Shown here one piece after another: positions 10,501 through 23,100 of a stretch of DNA of 64,000 bases; position 1 is the stretch's first letter, and every line of letters starts with the position of its first letter. A model generated the notes under the pieces. It searched no databases and had not been told where the DNA came from. It saw nothing but the letters and a program-made list of their open reading frames with translations. Source of the stretch: Macrostomum hystrix (lineage: Eukaryota; Animalia; Platyhelminthes); assembly GCA_950097015.1 (NCBI GenBank), contig CATNEN010000041.1, positions 1,612,001 through 1,676,000 on the forward strand, written 5' to 3'. The position numbers and the translations under genes were made by a program.

Positions 10501-12775
10501 CTGCTCCTCCCTCACTTGTCTCCTCCTCCCTCACCTGTCTGCTCCTCCCTCACTTGTCTCCTCCTCCCTCACCTGTCTGCTCCTCCCTCACCTGTCTGCT
10601 CCTCCCTCACCTGTCTGCTCCTCCCTCACTTGTCTCCTCCTCCCTCACCTGTCTGCTCCTCCCTCACCTGTCTGCTCCTCCCTCACCTGTCTGCTCCTCC
10701 CTCACTTGTCTCCTCCTCCCTCACCTGTCTGCTCCTCCCTCACCTGTCTGCTCCTCCCTCACTTGTCTCCTCCTCCCTCACCTGTCTGCTCCTCCCTCAC
10801 CTGTCTGCTCCTCCCTCACCTGTCTCCTCCTCCCTCACTTGTCTCCTCCTCCCTCACTTGTCTCCTCCTCCCTCACCTGTCTGCTCCTCCCTCACCTGTC
10901 TGCTCCTCCCTCACTTGTCTCCTCCTCCCTCACCTGTCTGCTCCTCCCTCACTTGTCTCCTCCTCCCTCACCTGTCTGCTCCTCCCTCACCTGTCTGCTC
11001 CTCCCTCACCTGTCTGCTCCTCCCTCACTTGTCTCCTCCTCCCTCACCTGTCTGCTCCTCCCTCACCTGTCTGCTCCTCCCTCACTTGTCTCCTCCTCCC
11101 TCACCTGTCTGCTCCTCCCTCACTTGTCTCCTCCTCCCTCACCTGTCTGCTCCTCCCTCACCTGTCTGCTCCTCCCTCACCTGTCTGCTCCTCCCTCACT
11201 TGTCTCCTCCTCCCTCACCTGTCTGCTCCTCCCTCACCTGTCTGCTCCTCCCTCACCTGTCTGCTCCTCCCTCACCTGTCTGCTCCTCCCTCACCTGTCT
11301 GCTCCTCCCTCACCTGTCTGCTCCTCCCTCACTTGTCTCCTCCTCCCTCACCTGTCTGCTCCTCCCTCACCTGTCTGCTCCTCCCTCACCTGTCTGCTCC
11401 TCCCTCACTTGTCTCCTCCTCCCTCACCTGTCTGCTCCTCCCTCACCTGTCTGCTCCTCCCTCACTTGTCTCCTCCTCCCTCACCTGTCTGCTCCTCCCT
11501 CACCTGTCTGCTCCTCCCTCACCTGTCTGCTCCTCCCTCACCTGTCTGCTCCTCCCTCACTTGTCTCCTCCTCCCTCACCTGTCTGCTCCTCCCTCACCT
11601 GTCTGCTCCTCCCTCACTTGTCTCCTCCTCCCTCACCTGTCTGCTCCTCCCTCACCTGTCTGCTCCTCCCTCACCTGTCTGCTCCTCCCTCACCTGTCTG
11701 CTCCTCCCTCACTTGTCTCCTCCTCCCTCAACTGTCTGCTCCTCCCTCACCTTTCTGCTAGTTGGTGAATGGGCTAGTTGGTGAATGGGCTAGTTGGTGA
11801 ATGAGCTAGTTGGTGAATGAGCTAGTTGGTGAATGAGCTAGTTGGTGAATGAGCTTGTTGGTGAATGAGCTAGTTGGTGAATGAGCTAGTTGGTGAATGG
11901 GCTAGTTGGTGAATGAGCTAGTTTGTGAATGAGCTAGTTGGTGAATGAGCTAGTTGGTGAATGAGCTAGTTGGTGAATGAGCTAGTTGGTGAATGGGCTA
12001 GTTGCTGAATGGGCTAGTTGGTGAATGAGCTAGTTGGTGAATGAGCTAGTTGGTGAATGAGTGAGTTGGTGAATGAGCTAGTTGGTGAGTGAGTGAGTTG
12101 GTGAATGAGCTAGTTGGTGAATGGGCTAGTTGGTGAGTGGGCTAGTTGGTGAATGAGCTAGTTGGTGAATGGGCTAGTTGGTGAATGAGCTAGTTGGTGA
12201 ATGGGCTAGTTGGTGAATGAGCTAGTTGGTGAATGAGCTAGTTGGTGAATGAGTGAGTTGGTGAATGAGCTAGTTGGTGAATGAGTGAGTTGGTGAATGA
12301 GCTAGTTGGTGAATGGGCTAGTTGGTGAATGGGCTAGTTGGTGAATGAGCTAGTTGGTGAATGGGCTAGTTGGTGAATGAGCTAGTTGGTCAGGTCACTA
12401 GCTGTCATTCTCACCTTTGATAGCGGGACAGAAGCCCCAGCAGCGCAGCGTGCCAAACCGAGTCAGCTGGCCCACGGCAGCCAGCAGGACGACAGTCGGC
12501 AAACCGAAGGTCATCATGACGGTGAAGTAGGCCACAGAGAAGGACAGTCCGCCGTACTTCAGGCAGTAGCTGAAGTACAAGTAGATGCCGGAGCTGCGGA
12601 ACAGGCAGGAGCTATAGCCAAGGACAAAGTCGAGCGTGTTGCGCCAAGCCCGAGCACCTGGCTTGCTGGCCTGCGCGAGCTGCTCGCAGGTGCAGTGCTG
12701 ATAGCCGCCTTTGAACTCATGCGGCAGCTGCTGGCTGCAAATGGCCTCCAACAACTGAGGGCCGCCACCGGTCAT
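4555..12775 (-). CDS. Atypical SLC6 (sodium:neurotransmitter symporter family) transporter-like protein, about 688 aa; exons 12775-12415, 8830-8089, 6030-5459, 4946-4555
   Basis: Translated exons align by eye with the SLC6 architecture: RAWRNTLDFVLG (pre-TM1), YGGLSFSVAYF..GLP....AAVGQ (TM2), WGFCPAIKG|IGVA, a Cys-containing EL2, IWVDAVLLVLW|NTGCASGEIIGMTKMN (TM6), GGSAVYNFLY (TM10) and YPWW (TM12). The summed exon length of 2067 nt is divisible by 3, and all introns are GT-AG. Confidence 0.85.
4980..5440. repeat. GACT-based about 22-bp repeat (4980-5095) and ATTG-rich low-complexity tract (about 5318-5440) in SLC6-like intron 3
   Basis: GATTGGCTGACTGACTGACTGT x about 5; degenerate (ATTG)n. 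Confidence 0.85.
6018..8027. repeat. 44-bp minisatellite, about 46 copies, filling SLC6-like intron 2 and containing its 3' splice site
   Basis: Period 44 (GCCAGTGTTC at 6021, 6065, ...). On the minus strand the unit reads CTGACACCCAATACTTCACACCCAG|GAACACTGGCTG. Confidence 0.97.
8885..11755. repeat. 19-bp pyrimidine-rich minisatellite, about 150 copies, in SLC6-like intron 1
   Basis: Units CTCCTCCCTCACCTGTCTG / CTCCTCCCTCACTTGTCTC. They explain the three about 970-aa LLPHLSAPPSPVCSS ORFs. Confidence 0.98.
11757..12390. repeat. 16-bp minisatellite, about 39 copies, directly abutting the 19-bp array
   Basis: Unit GCTAGTTGGTGAATG(A/G). Confidence 0.97.
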
Positions 12776-14154
12776 GTCTAGCACTCTCCTGAGATTTCTG
12801 ATGGCCTAGAAAACAACTAGTTATCTACTCACTGTCAGCTTGATAGAAAAAATGGACTATAATTTTTATTCTGCACTTCTCAATGACTCAAGTTGAGTAT
12901 AATTTGACCATAGAACAAGCGAGCTGTCTGAGCTTGAGGTGGTTTCACACCCAGTCATGAAACGCGTTTCACGGCCCGCCCGCTGTGCATATCTATGGAA
13001 TTCGACCATAGACAACAGCAGAGGGCGGGCTGCCGTTTGTTTCAACCTCGTTTGAACACGCGTAGGCTAACTACAATCATATATTATATATCATATATAC
13101 AACATGAGTTTCTGTTGCTATCTCGTAAGCAGTGTACTCACTCACACACAGAGCTGAGCATGTGACATGAGTTTCTGTTGCTAAGCAGTTTACCAGGAAT
13201 GTATCTCGGGAATTCTCTCTCATGTTAGCAAAGTGCAACGTGGCGCAGGTCAGTCGGCTCATTTCTAAGTCGCTCGTTTTCTTTCGCGACTTCTAGGGTG
13301 TTGCAAAATTGGTTCTCCAAGCAGAAATGCTCAGCTTTCTCTTCCACGTGACCCCTGGATTGCCCCAGAGGAGCGGGCCAGGCTGTGCTTTATGGTCCTC
13401 TGCCCACCTCCCCACCCTGCCCAGCGCTGCACTCCGCAATGCGAACCAGTATTCGGGTTGGTTCTTGCTGCACTAAATGGGATAGCGAATTAGCTCAGGT
13501 GGCTTGAGATTAGATGGTATCCATGCAGATTAAGGCCATTGTGTCACCCTACGTGGTCAGCTGAAATCCGCTCCAGGCACCAAGCAGGTTCTGAGCAGTC
13601 TTCAACCTCCCCGTGTTTGTTAATTAGCAAGAATATTATGCACAGCGCCGGCCCCATTCTGCTGGGAGCAGTTTCAATATTGACTAGCTCCGCCCGGCCT
13701 GCAGCGTCACAGGCCCGTTTTATCACTCTCACCCCAACCCCCCCTGCCGCCCCTCTCAACGGCCGATAAGAAGGCGACACGCTGGCTCCGGGGGAGATTG
13801 GGAAGCAATGAACAAGCCGCAGCTGGCCCCGGGATCCAATGGAATCAATTCAATGAGAGAGGGCCGACTGAGAGACAGACTTCGGTTTCTGGGGTTGGGA
13901 ATCGGCCTTGGCGTAGGGCGGCTTCGCTGTGGCAAATCGCGGTGGACCAGGGCAGCAAAGGACAAAGGCAGCAGCGGCGGCAGCAGCAGAGGCAGACATT
14001 CCAATCCATGTACAAAACTTCCTTCTCCTCTCGATAGAAAAGCGCCAGCTAAATTCGCATGCTGCGCGAACAAGTTCACTCGCTAACAGACCCCACTGGC
14101 CGACCTCCCCGCACTGCCGAACATCCACCGAAGACGGAGACCCCAAACTGAGCC

Positions 14155-17100
14155 ATGAGCACTGAAATTGACGATGGCGCGGCTCGGACGCCACCGCAGC
14201 CGCCACCGCCGATCATGGCAACCGACATTGATCCGGCTGAAGTAGCTACAGAGCCAGAGGTTCAAGGAATTGCGGACAGCTCGGAAGGAGCAACCGCAGC
14301 TGCTGAAAATGCCGCGGCGGAAAATTCCGACGCAGAGAAGCTGGAGGAGCCGCTGGCCGACACGAACGCGACATCGTCTCCGCCGGGAAACTCCGGCTCG
14401 GCCACACCGTCCGCGGTGTCCATCGCGGCCCAGTTCAACCAGATCGCCCGCCTGACCACCGTGCGCAGTCCGCGATCCGCAAAGCTTACCGCCCGCCAGG
14501 ACGTGCCCGCCACCGCAGCTCCGGGTGTCGCCGCGTTTCGCTTCTCGCCGGCGCCGTCAGGCGACTCCGGCGCCGCGGACCCGGAGCCGGGAGCCGAGCC
14601 GCATGCCAGGCAGCACAGCGACGAGCTGGCCGGGACCGGCCGAGCGCAGCAGCAGCAACAGCAGCAGCAGCAGCTGACAGCACCACTTCTGGCTCGGCCC
14701 TACGTGAACCGGAGCCGCAGTGCGGCGAGCACCCTGCCTGTACGGCTGCGCGGGCGGTTGGGGCAGACGGCTGACTCCAGTGAGTCCTGAATTTGCAGCC
14801 TGTCTATGTGCCAGCAGGGCACGACTGCTCCAACAGTGCACCGTTTTTTTGCTGGAGTTTTTCTAACAAAATTACAGAAAATGTTTTGCTTTTGGATTTT
14901 TTAGCTTCCCAGGAATCTGATTCAGCCAGCACGGGGGAGACGGCCTCAGATCAGCAGCAGCAGCAGCAGCAGCAGTTGGAGTCTTCGTCATCTCAGCCTG
15001 AGCTGACACCGGATAATGGAGGCGATGGTAGCACAGCGGCAGCAGCAGCCGAAGCGGCCGCAGCCGCCGCCGCTGCAGCTGCCGCAGTGGCTGCAGTCAC
15101 CTCATCTGCGGATCTCGGTGGCGTTGGGCCGCAGCCAGCGGAGCCTCCGGCAGCGCAGCCGCCGAGGGTGAGTCAGGAATAAAGTGCGAACAGCGGCTGA
15201 GTAGTGACACTCACTATAGTCATTGGAGTGACAACCAGAGTGACTGTTTAGAGTGACAACCAGAGTGCCTTACTTAGAGTGACAACCAGAGTGACTGTTT
15301 GGAGTGAAGACCAGAGTGATAGTTTAGAGTGACAACCAGAGTGACTGTTTGGAGTGACAACCAGAGTGACTGTTTGGAGTGACAACCAGAGTGACTGTTT
15401 GGAGTCCAAATTAGAGGGATAATCAGAGGACTCACGATGTGAGCGGTGCTAGGATGAATCGCGCAGCTGGCAGGTGGGATGTGTTATCTTGTACAAGCAA
15501 GTCTAGTGCACAATATTTTGGTCTAGTATTCCAACGAAGCTGCACCAGAGTGTTCGGTGCGCCGATTCCCTGCACGAGGGAGTGAGTTTCAAAACTTCCA
15601 CTGGGAGTTTCCCCTCGCCCTTCCGACACTTCAGGCATCATTTTCCCTACTTCCTATCTCTTATCTTCCGAATAGTGAGGTCGGTTCCATCGTCATTAGA
15701 CCACTTGAAGCTGTCAATCAAATCGGGCGGGCAACACCTGTGAATCTCGAGCTTGGTGTAAATAATTCCATAATGAGGCCGTTTATGAAACTCGGGGAAG
15801 TTCGCGCTATCGCGCCGGCTGAGTGTCGCGAGCGACAGGTCCGGGCTCGGCTTTATTGCCGACAGACACGCGGCCGGGTGACGAATTGTGGCGGAAGCAC
15901 TTTCAGCCGGCCGCTGGTTTCATAGTCAAATTAGGCAGACAAACTCCGCGCGGGATAAAAATCCCCAGGATCTGGGGGGCTTCATCCTTCCCAGGGAAGC
16001 GGAGCCCAGCCGGGTTTGATGAATTTGCTGCCAGAGGACCGGCAGTGGGGCGGATTGCGGGATATTGTGATATCGGGGCGGTGCGAGCTCCGCCAGCAGC
16101 AGAGAAGCTGGAGGGCATGCATGAAGTCACTTCAAAGTCTCGGAGAGCATCGGCAGGATTTCAAGGCAGTAAAACCCGCCTCTTAAATCTCCTGGGGGGC
16201 TCTTTTGGGTTGCTCAAGTGTAGCAACAATGCCGCCATTGTCCAGCCATCAGCTCGGCTTCCTCTCCTCTCCCTGGCTCTCATCGCTCCAGAAGATGAGT
16301 TTTAGGAAAACTAGCCGGGAAGTGAGGGGCAGAGATGGAGCCGCCTGCTCAGCCTGTACTTTTAAAACTCATGCGTGACCCGTCGGACCAGCGTCATATC
16401 CGAATCACCCGCCTCCACATTTCACAGGACAAGAGGTATCACATTGTGAAGGAGCTTGTCGATGTTGAGAAGGAATATGTGGAGTCTCTGCAGACTCTCG
16501 TGGAGGTGAGTTGTTGCTGGATCATTGTTCTGTCTATTTTATTTTCTAGCACTTGAGTTTTGCAAAACACTAGATTGACGCATTCAGGCTTAGTCGGAAT
16601 GGGCAAAGATAAAAAACTTGTTGCGTGCAGTTGCTAAGCCGTAGTTAAGTCATTCGTTTTTGTTTCTATGCTGTTTCTATTCAAACTCGATTGCTTCCAC
16701 AATAATCCCGCCCACTTTGTCGTGGGCCCGCAGAAGTATATCATCCCGCTGAAGGTGACGGGCATTCTGGACGCCTGTGTGGTCGACGAGATTTTCTACC
16801 GCGTCCCGGAGCTGTACGCGCACCACTCCATCTTTCTGAACATGCTGGAGAGCTCTTGGACCAACTGGTCGGATGAGACTGCCATCGGAGATCAGATCTA
16901 TGTAATGGTGAGCACATGGCGGCTGCTGATGTACTTGACGCGATGCGGCTAGAAAGCTGCCCATTGGCTAATAAAAACACCTGGGACGGTAACCGGATCT
17001 CGACGGAGCCAGAGATGAAGTGCTCTTCTACTTTTCGGCGCTCGGGGATCAGGTTTTAGGGGCCATGATGGAGCAGCTCAGCTTCTAAGATTTGATTAAA

Positions 17101-20100
17101 GTCTGGGCCGGCTACTCGCGCTCTGCTTTCCCCTTCGGGCCAAATGAAAAGCAAACAAAGGCGAGTTTGCCCGGTGGTCCGAAAACATCTGTGGCTTTGG
17201 CCACAACGGTTCAACCAGAAAAAAGTTTTTTTTTCTCAGGAGCTATTGGTCCGTCGGAAACGGACAGTTTGTGATACTCAGTGAGGTGTCAGGTCCATGG
17301 GAGTTGGACACTTTATGGTACTCAGTGAGGTGTCAGGTCCATGGGAGTTGGACACTTTGTGGTACTCAGTGAGGTGTCAGGTCCATGGGAGTTGGACAGT
17401 TTGTGGTACTCAGTGAGGTGTCAGGTCCATGGGAGTTGGACAGTTTGTGGTACTCAGTAAGCTGTCAGTGGGAACCCAGAACGAAGGTGGTACGAGCTGA
17501 GGCTCGCATTAAGGATTTATTTTCCAACTGAATTGCAGTTCAAGAAGGAGAGCATTGCAGAGTGCTACTGCTCATTTGTTGAGAACTTCAACCGATCGGA
17601 AAAGTCCCTAGAAGCTTCACTCCAGCAGAAGTCTTCGCTGCAGCGCTTCGTCGAGGTGAGTCGTGCTCAGGGAGGATTCGAAGGACCGGTATAGACTTTT
17701 TCAAGCAGCCAGTGGGATATTTGGCATCCACTGGCTGCATGGGGTGATAGGCGCGCAGAGGGGCTGGTTCCCGATTGCAGTCAAGAGGCCAATCTTATCA
17801 GGGCCAGGCAAAGCCTTGTAAAACACGCGCGCTCACTATCCGCGCGACTTGTCAACTTGGCTTGAGCTGAACTCGAGAGCAAACTCTTGGGCTCCGCACC
17901 CGCCTTGGTCTCTCCCGGCGCCGTCTCCGCAGCTTCCAGCGCCGAGCTGCCGCAGCAGCGGTGAAGCGTAGAGATAGAGGAAAGGAAACAAAGTTTGTTC
18001 AACAGCTACAGGCAGATAAGTGCTGAGGCCACACGCGCGGTGACCATGGCCTGACTGACTGCATCCTAATGCAATTCACTGATTCGATAACCAGCCCATT
18101 GCCCGCCGAGCAAAGAGAGCCCTCGGCCGGCTTCCTATCTTGCAGCGTGGCTTTTCTCGCTACGGCTTTACAGAGAAGGCTAATAGCAATGATTTCCCAG
18201 CTATTCGGGGCTCCCACCTCCGCCCTTCTAGCCTTCCCGGCTCCATCCTAACTTCCTTCCTCCCGCTTCATCGCCCGTGTCGCGCATGCAGGATCCTGTC
18301 CCAGAATCCCAGAGGCCTCATCAAACTGCCTTTTAAGTCAGTCGCCGCTTTTGCTAGGTCACGAATTAGACGGACCGGCTCAGCGTCCCTCTTTACTCAG
18401 GTCGAGTGCGCTCTCGGTCCTTTCTTGGAAGCTCAAAGAGCACCTGATCCTTCTAAATTAACATCTCTGCTCTGCTCTCACGGCCAGACCTGTCTCTGTG
18501 ACTTGGTCGCAATAGTGTCCTCATCTCTACTTATTTCTCTGATACTCTGCGATTCTTCTAACCCTTTGAAATCCGGAGCACTTTAAGACAGTAAATCTAT
18601 TCTGATCGGACTAAAAAAACAAATCTCTGCAACTGCCGCAATCTTGCTGTTTGTAATGAAATAAGCCAATTTTATGGAGCCTAAAAAATGGATCAGGTCT
18701 GCATTAGATTTGAGAACACGACCCGCCACCGTCGCGCGACCCGCAGCAAATCCAACGGGAGAACCGGCGCCGCCTGCCGCTCAAGTCGCTCATCATCAAA
18801 CCCGTGCAGCGGATCCCGCGCTACGAACTGCTGCTCAAGGTGAGATCGTTAGCTCACTGCAGTCTAAATGCTATTTCACACTGCGATCAAACGAGGCCAA
18901 AAAACTATTCATTTGAATATCAAACAAATGTACGCGAAAAACGACTTTTCTGATGGCCGTGAGAACGAGCCTTGCCCTTAACAATGAAGGAAACAAGGCC
19001 CAAAAGGTATATTTAAACGATGAATTTCTAAAAGGAGGTTAGAAAATCGATAAGGGTGCGCGTAGGGAGAGAGTGGAGGATAGACAAATCCAGATAGATA
19101 AACAAGGCTCGACAGGGTGGATAGGGAAGAAATGAAACGCACAGCGAGAGACAGCCAACCAGAACGCAGAGATTGTTAACCATTCAAAGCGTTCAGTACA
19201 TTAGACCAGCCGTTCAAAGCGTTCAGTACATTAGACCAGCCGTTCAAAACGTTCAGTACATTAGACCAGCCGTTCAAAACGTTCAGTACATTAGACCAGC
19301 CGTTCAAAACGTTCAGTACATTAGACCAGCCGTTCAAAACGTTCAGTACATTAGACCAGCCGTTCAAAACGTTCAGTACATTAGACCAGCCGTTCAAAAC
19401 GTTCAGTACATTAGACCAACCATTCACAACATTCAGTACATTAGACCAACCATTAAAAGCGTTCAGTGCACAACATAATTGCCTACCTTCAGCACATTAG
19501 ATCATTCTCAAGCTTCAGTACACTAGAAAATTCACAACCTTGAATAGGTATCTACAACGTACAGTACGTACAACGATAAGTTGATGCATTTAGCCCCAGC
19601 CAGTGAGCCCCGTAACAACACAAAGTCCATTATTTCGAAGCTGCCCTGTGTTTTCGTGGCTCAACCACAAAACCACCGCGCCCTAACTTCAGAGGCTGCT
19701 TGAGCACACCCCGGAAGGCCATCCGGACTGGGAGCAGCTGCGGCAGGCCGAGACAACGGTTCACGCCCTTGCGCTCAAGATCAACACCTTGAAGGAGTCG
19801 CAGCACACTGAGGGTGCCGTGGAGAGTCTGAGAACTCTGGAGGGCCTACTCCTGTTGGCGGACGTGAGTTCAGCAAGGGCAATGTTCTGCATGCTGCTTC
19901 AGGAAGGTTCTGTATGCTGCTTCAGGAAGGTTCTGTATGCTGCTTCAATGATGTTCTGCATGCTGCTTCAAGGATGTTCAGTATGCTGCTTCAAGGATGT
20001 TCAGTATGCTGCTTCAAGGATGTTCTGCATGCTGCTTCAAGGATGTTCAGTATGCTGCTTCAAGGATGTTCAGTATGCTGCTTCAAGGATGTTCAGTATG

Positions 20101-23100
20101 CTGCTTCAATGATGTTCTGCATGCTGCTTCAAGGATGTTCAGTATGCTGCTTCAAGGATGTTCAGTATGCTGCTTCAATGATGTTCTGCATGCTGCTTCA
20201 AGGATGTTCAGTATGCTGCTTCAATGATGTTCTGCATGCTGCTTCAAGGATGTTCAGTATGCTGCTTCAATGATGTTCAGTATGCTGCTTCAATGATGTT
20301 CTGCATGCTGCTTCAATGATGTTCTGCATGCTGCTTCAAGGATGTTCTGCATGCTGCTTCAAGGATGTTCAGTATGCTGCTTCAAGGATGTTCAGTATGC
20401 TGCTTCAATGATGTTCTGCATGCTGCTTCAAGGATGTTCTGCATGCTGCTTCAAGGATGTTCTGCATGCTGCTTCAAGGATGTTCTGCATGCTGCTTCAA
20501 GGATGTTCAGTATGCTGCTTCAAGGATGTTCAGTATGCTGCTTCAAGGATGTTCAGTATGCTGCTTCAAGGATGTTCAGTATGCTGCTTCAAGGATGTTC
20601 AGTATGCTGCTTCAATGATGTTCTGCATGCTGCTTCAAGGATGTTCAGTATGCTGCTTCAAGGATGTTCAGTATGCTGCTTCAAGGATGTTCAGTATGCT
20701 GCTTCAAGGATGTTCTGCATGCTGCTTCAAGGATGTTCAGTATGCTGCTTCAAGGATGTTCAGTATGCTGCTTCAGGGATGTTCAGTATGCTGCTTCAAG
20801 GATGTTCAGTATGCTGCTTCAAGGATGTTCTGCATGCTGCTTCAAGGATGTTCAGTATGCTGCTTCAAGGATGTTCAGTATGCTGCTTCAAGGATGTTCT
20901 GCATGCTGCTTCAAGGATGTTCAGTATGCTGCTTCAAGGATGTTCAGTATGCTGCTTCAAGGATGTTCAGTATGCTGCTTCAAGGATGTTCTGCATGCTG
21001 CTTCAAGGATGTTCTGCATGCTGCTTCAAGGATGTTCTGCATGTTGCTTCAAGGATGTTCTGCATGCTTCTTCAGGAAGGTTCTGCATGCTGCTTCAGGA
21101 ATGTTCTGCATGCTGCTTCAAGGATGTTCTGCATGTTGCTTCAAGGATGTTCTGCATGCTGCTTCAAGGATGTTCTGCATGCTGCTTCAAGGATGTTCTG
21201 CATGCTGCTTCAGGAATGTTCTGCATGCTGCTTCAAGGATGTTCTGCATGCTGCTTCAAGGATGTTCTGCATGCTGCTTCAAGGATGTTCTGCATGCTGC
21301 TTCAAGGATGTTCAGTATGCTGCTTCAAGGATGTTCTGCATGCTGCTTCAAGGATGTTCTGCATGCTGCTTCAAGGATGTTCTGCATGCTGCTTCAAGGA
21401 TGTTCTGCATGCTGCTTCAAGGATGTTCAGTATCCTGCTTCAAGGATGTTCTGCATGCAGCTTCAGGAATGTTCTGCATGGTGCTTTAAGGATTCGTCCG
21501 TAGGCTTCCTTGCAAAAGTCTGGCTGATAAACAACAGCCCAATGCGTCATTCACACTCGCATACCAGTGTTGGCTACTGGCTCACTGACATGCTCAAAAC
21601 CAGTTCCTTATACCTGCTCACTGCCATTCTGAATTGCATGTGGCAAGAGTTCTGAAAATTCAGACCTAAACAAGGCGCACAGGCTCCGTTCGCCTGTCGA
21701 TCACGTGAGAACGAACCCCGGTCCTCAGTCCGTCTCGTTATCTGTTTGTGTCTGCCCAGGCCGGGGGGGCGGCCGGCTTTTGACAGGTCACCGACAAAAC
21801 AAACTAGAAAAGGAAGGCCAAGAAGCAGCGCGAACAAGAAAGTCCACGGACTTGGCGCGGATGGGTGAAGGGGAAGGGATGTTGGAGGCAGCGGAAGAAC
21901 CAGCAGGAAACGACCCGGGCAGATAGAAGCACAGACAACAGCGCCGGCCCAGACGGCCAGCCTCCTCGATCACGAAGAAATGGCTGCGAACAAAAACGCA
22001 AACTGCCGCCGAATCTGTCCGACTGTTCCCTCCCCTTCCTCTTCCTGCCCTCTGCCTCTTGTCTCGTCTGTTTGCTTTGATGGCAATGGGGGGCAACACG
22101 GGAGACTTCAGGCGGGGTTGGGCACTTTGGAATGCAGAAATCCCCGACGGGCAGGCCCTGTGTAAACACTTCCTGCTCCAGGGCTGGGAGGGGACTTTTG
22201 GGGCGCTGTTTGGGAAGGAGCGCGCTCGAAAATGGAGGCCCGCAACTCGGCCTGTCCACTTTTGACCCTTGTGCTCAGGCTAAGCTGGGCAGATCAGATT
22301 GCGCCGAAATCCTCATTCTCAATGCGGCCACAGCCTCAGCTTCACCCGCCCACCTCAACCCATTCAGCTGGCCTCCACGCAGCGGGAGTACTTGCGCCAC
22401 GACATTGTCCAGGTTGAGGGCCGCAAGGAATCTGTCTGCGTGTTCACCTTCTCCGATCAGCTGATCTTCGCGGCGCTCAAGAAGCGAGTCGGACCGCAGG
22501 CCACCAGGAAGCCGGTCATCAGGCTGTGAGTCCTGCTGGGGGGACTGGGGTGTCAGGCCTGGGGACTGGGGTGTCAGGCCTGGGGACTGGGGTGTCAGGC
22601 CTGGGGACTGAGGTGTCAGGCCTGGGGACTGAGGTGTCAGGCCTGGGAACTGGGGGTGTCAGGCCTGGGGACTAGGGTGTCAGGCCTGGGGACTGGGGTG
22701 TCAGGCCTGGGGACTGGGGGTGTCAGGCCTGGGGACTGGGGTGTCAGGGATGTCGCCTGTTTGTTTTGGGAAAAAATCAGGTTTTTTTCGGTGGCCACTA
22801 TTTGATATATTTTTTTATTTAGGAAAAGCCAAGCTATTCACAATCTTGCTATTTTATCTCGCCTAAGTCTGATTTCAGCCAACCTGTCAGAAAATATGTT
22901 GAACTTAAGCTTGAAAAATGAAACTTTCAAAATCCCCTCTTGCTTACCAAAGACCCAACACCTAAATCTATATATCCCACACGATCCCAAACTGCAGCCA
23001 ATCGTCCGGTGGCCAGGACTTCATCGACTCCGGCTTTAAGTACAAAGTCTGGCTGCGCCTCGGCCTCGAGTCCATCGAGATTAGCAAGGGCCGACATCGA

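Noticed and set aside
8855-11784. Three about 970-aa ORFs (LLPHLSAPPSPVCSS...)
   Set aside because: Read-through of a 19-bp stop-free repeat. All three frames give the same peptide, and the region is an intron of the SLC6-like gene.
16335-16427. In-frame ATG extension (MEPPAQPVLL...) as alternative ARHGEF17 start
   Set aside because: A good acceptor (CCACATTTCACAG) at 16427 joins exon 2 in phase. There is no independent evidence for an internal start.
19789-21655. Cys-rich MFCMLLQGCS ORFs up to 437 aa
   Set aside because: 23-bp intronic minisatellite inside ARHGEF17.
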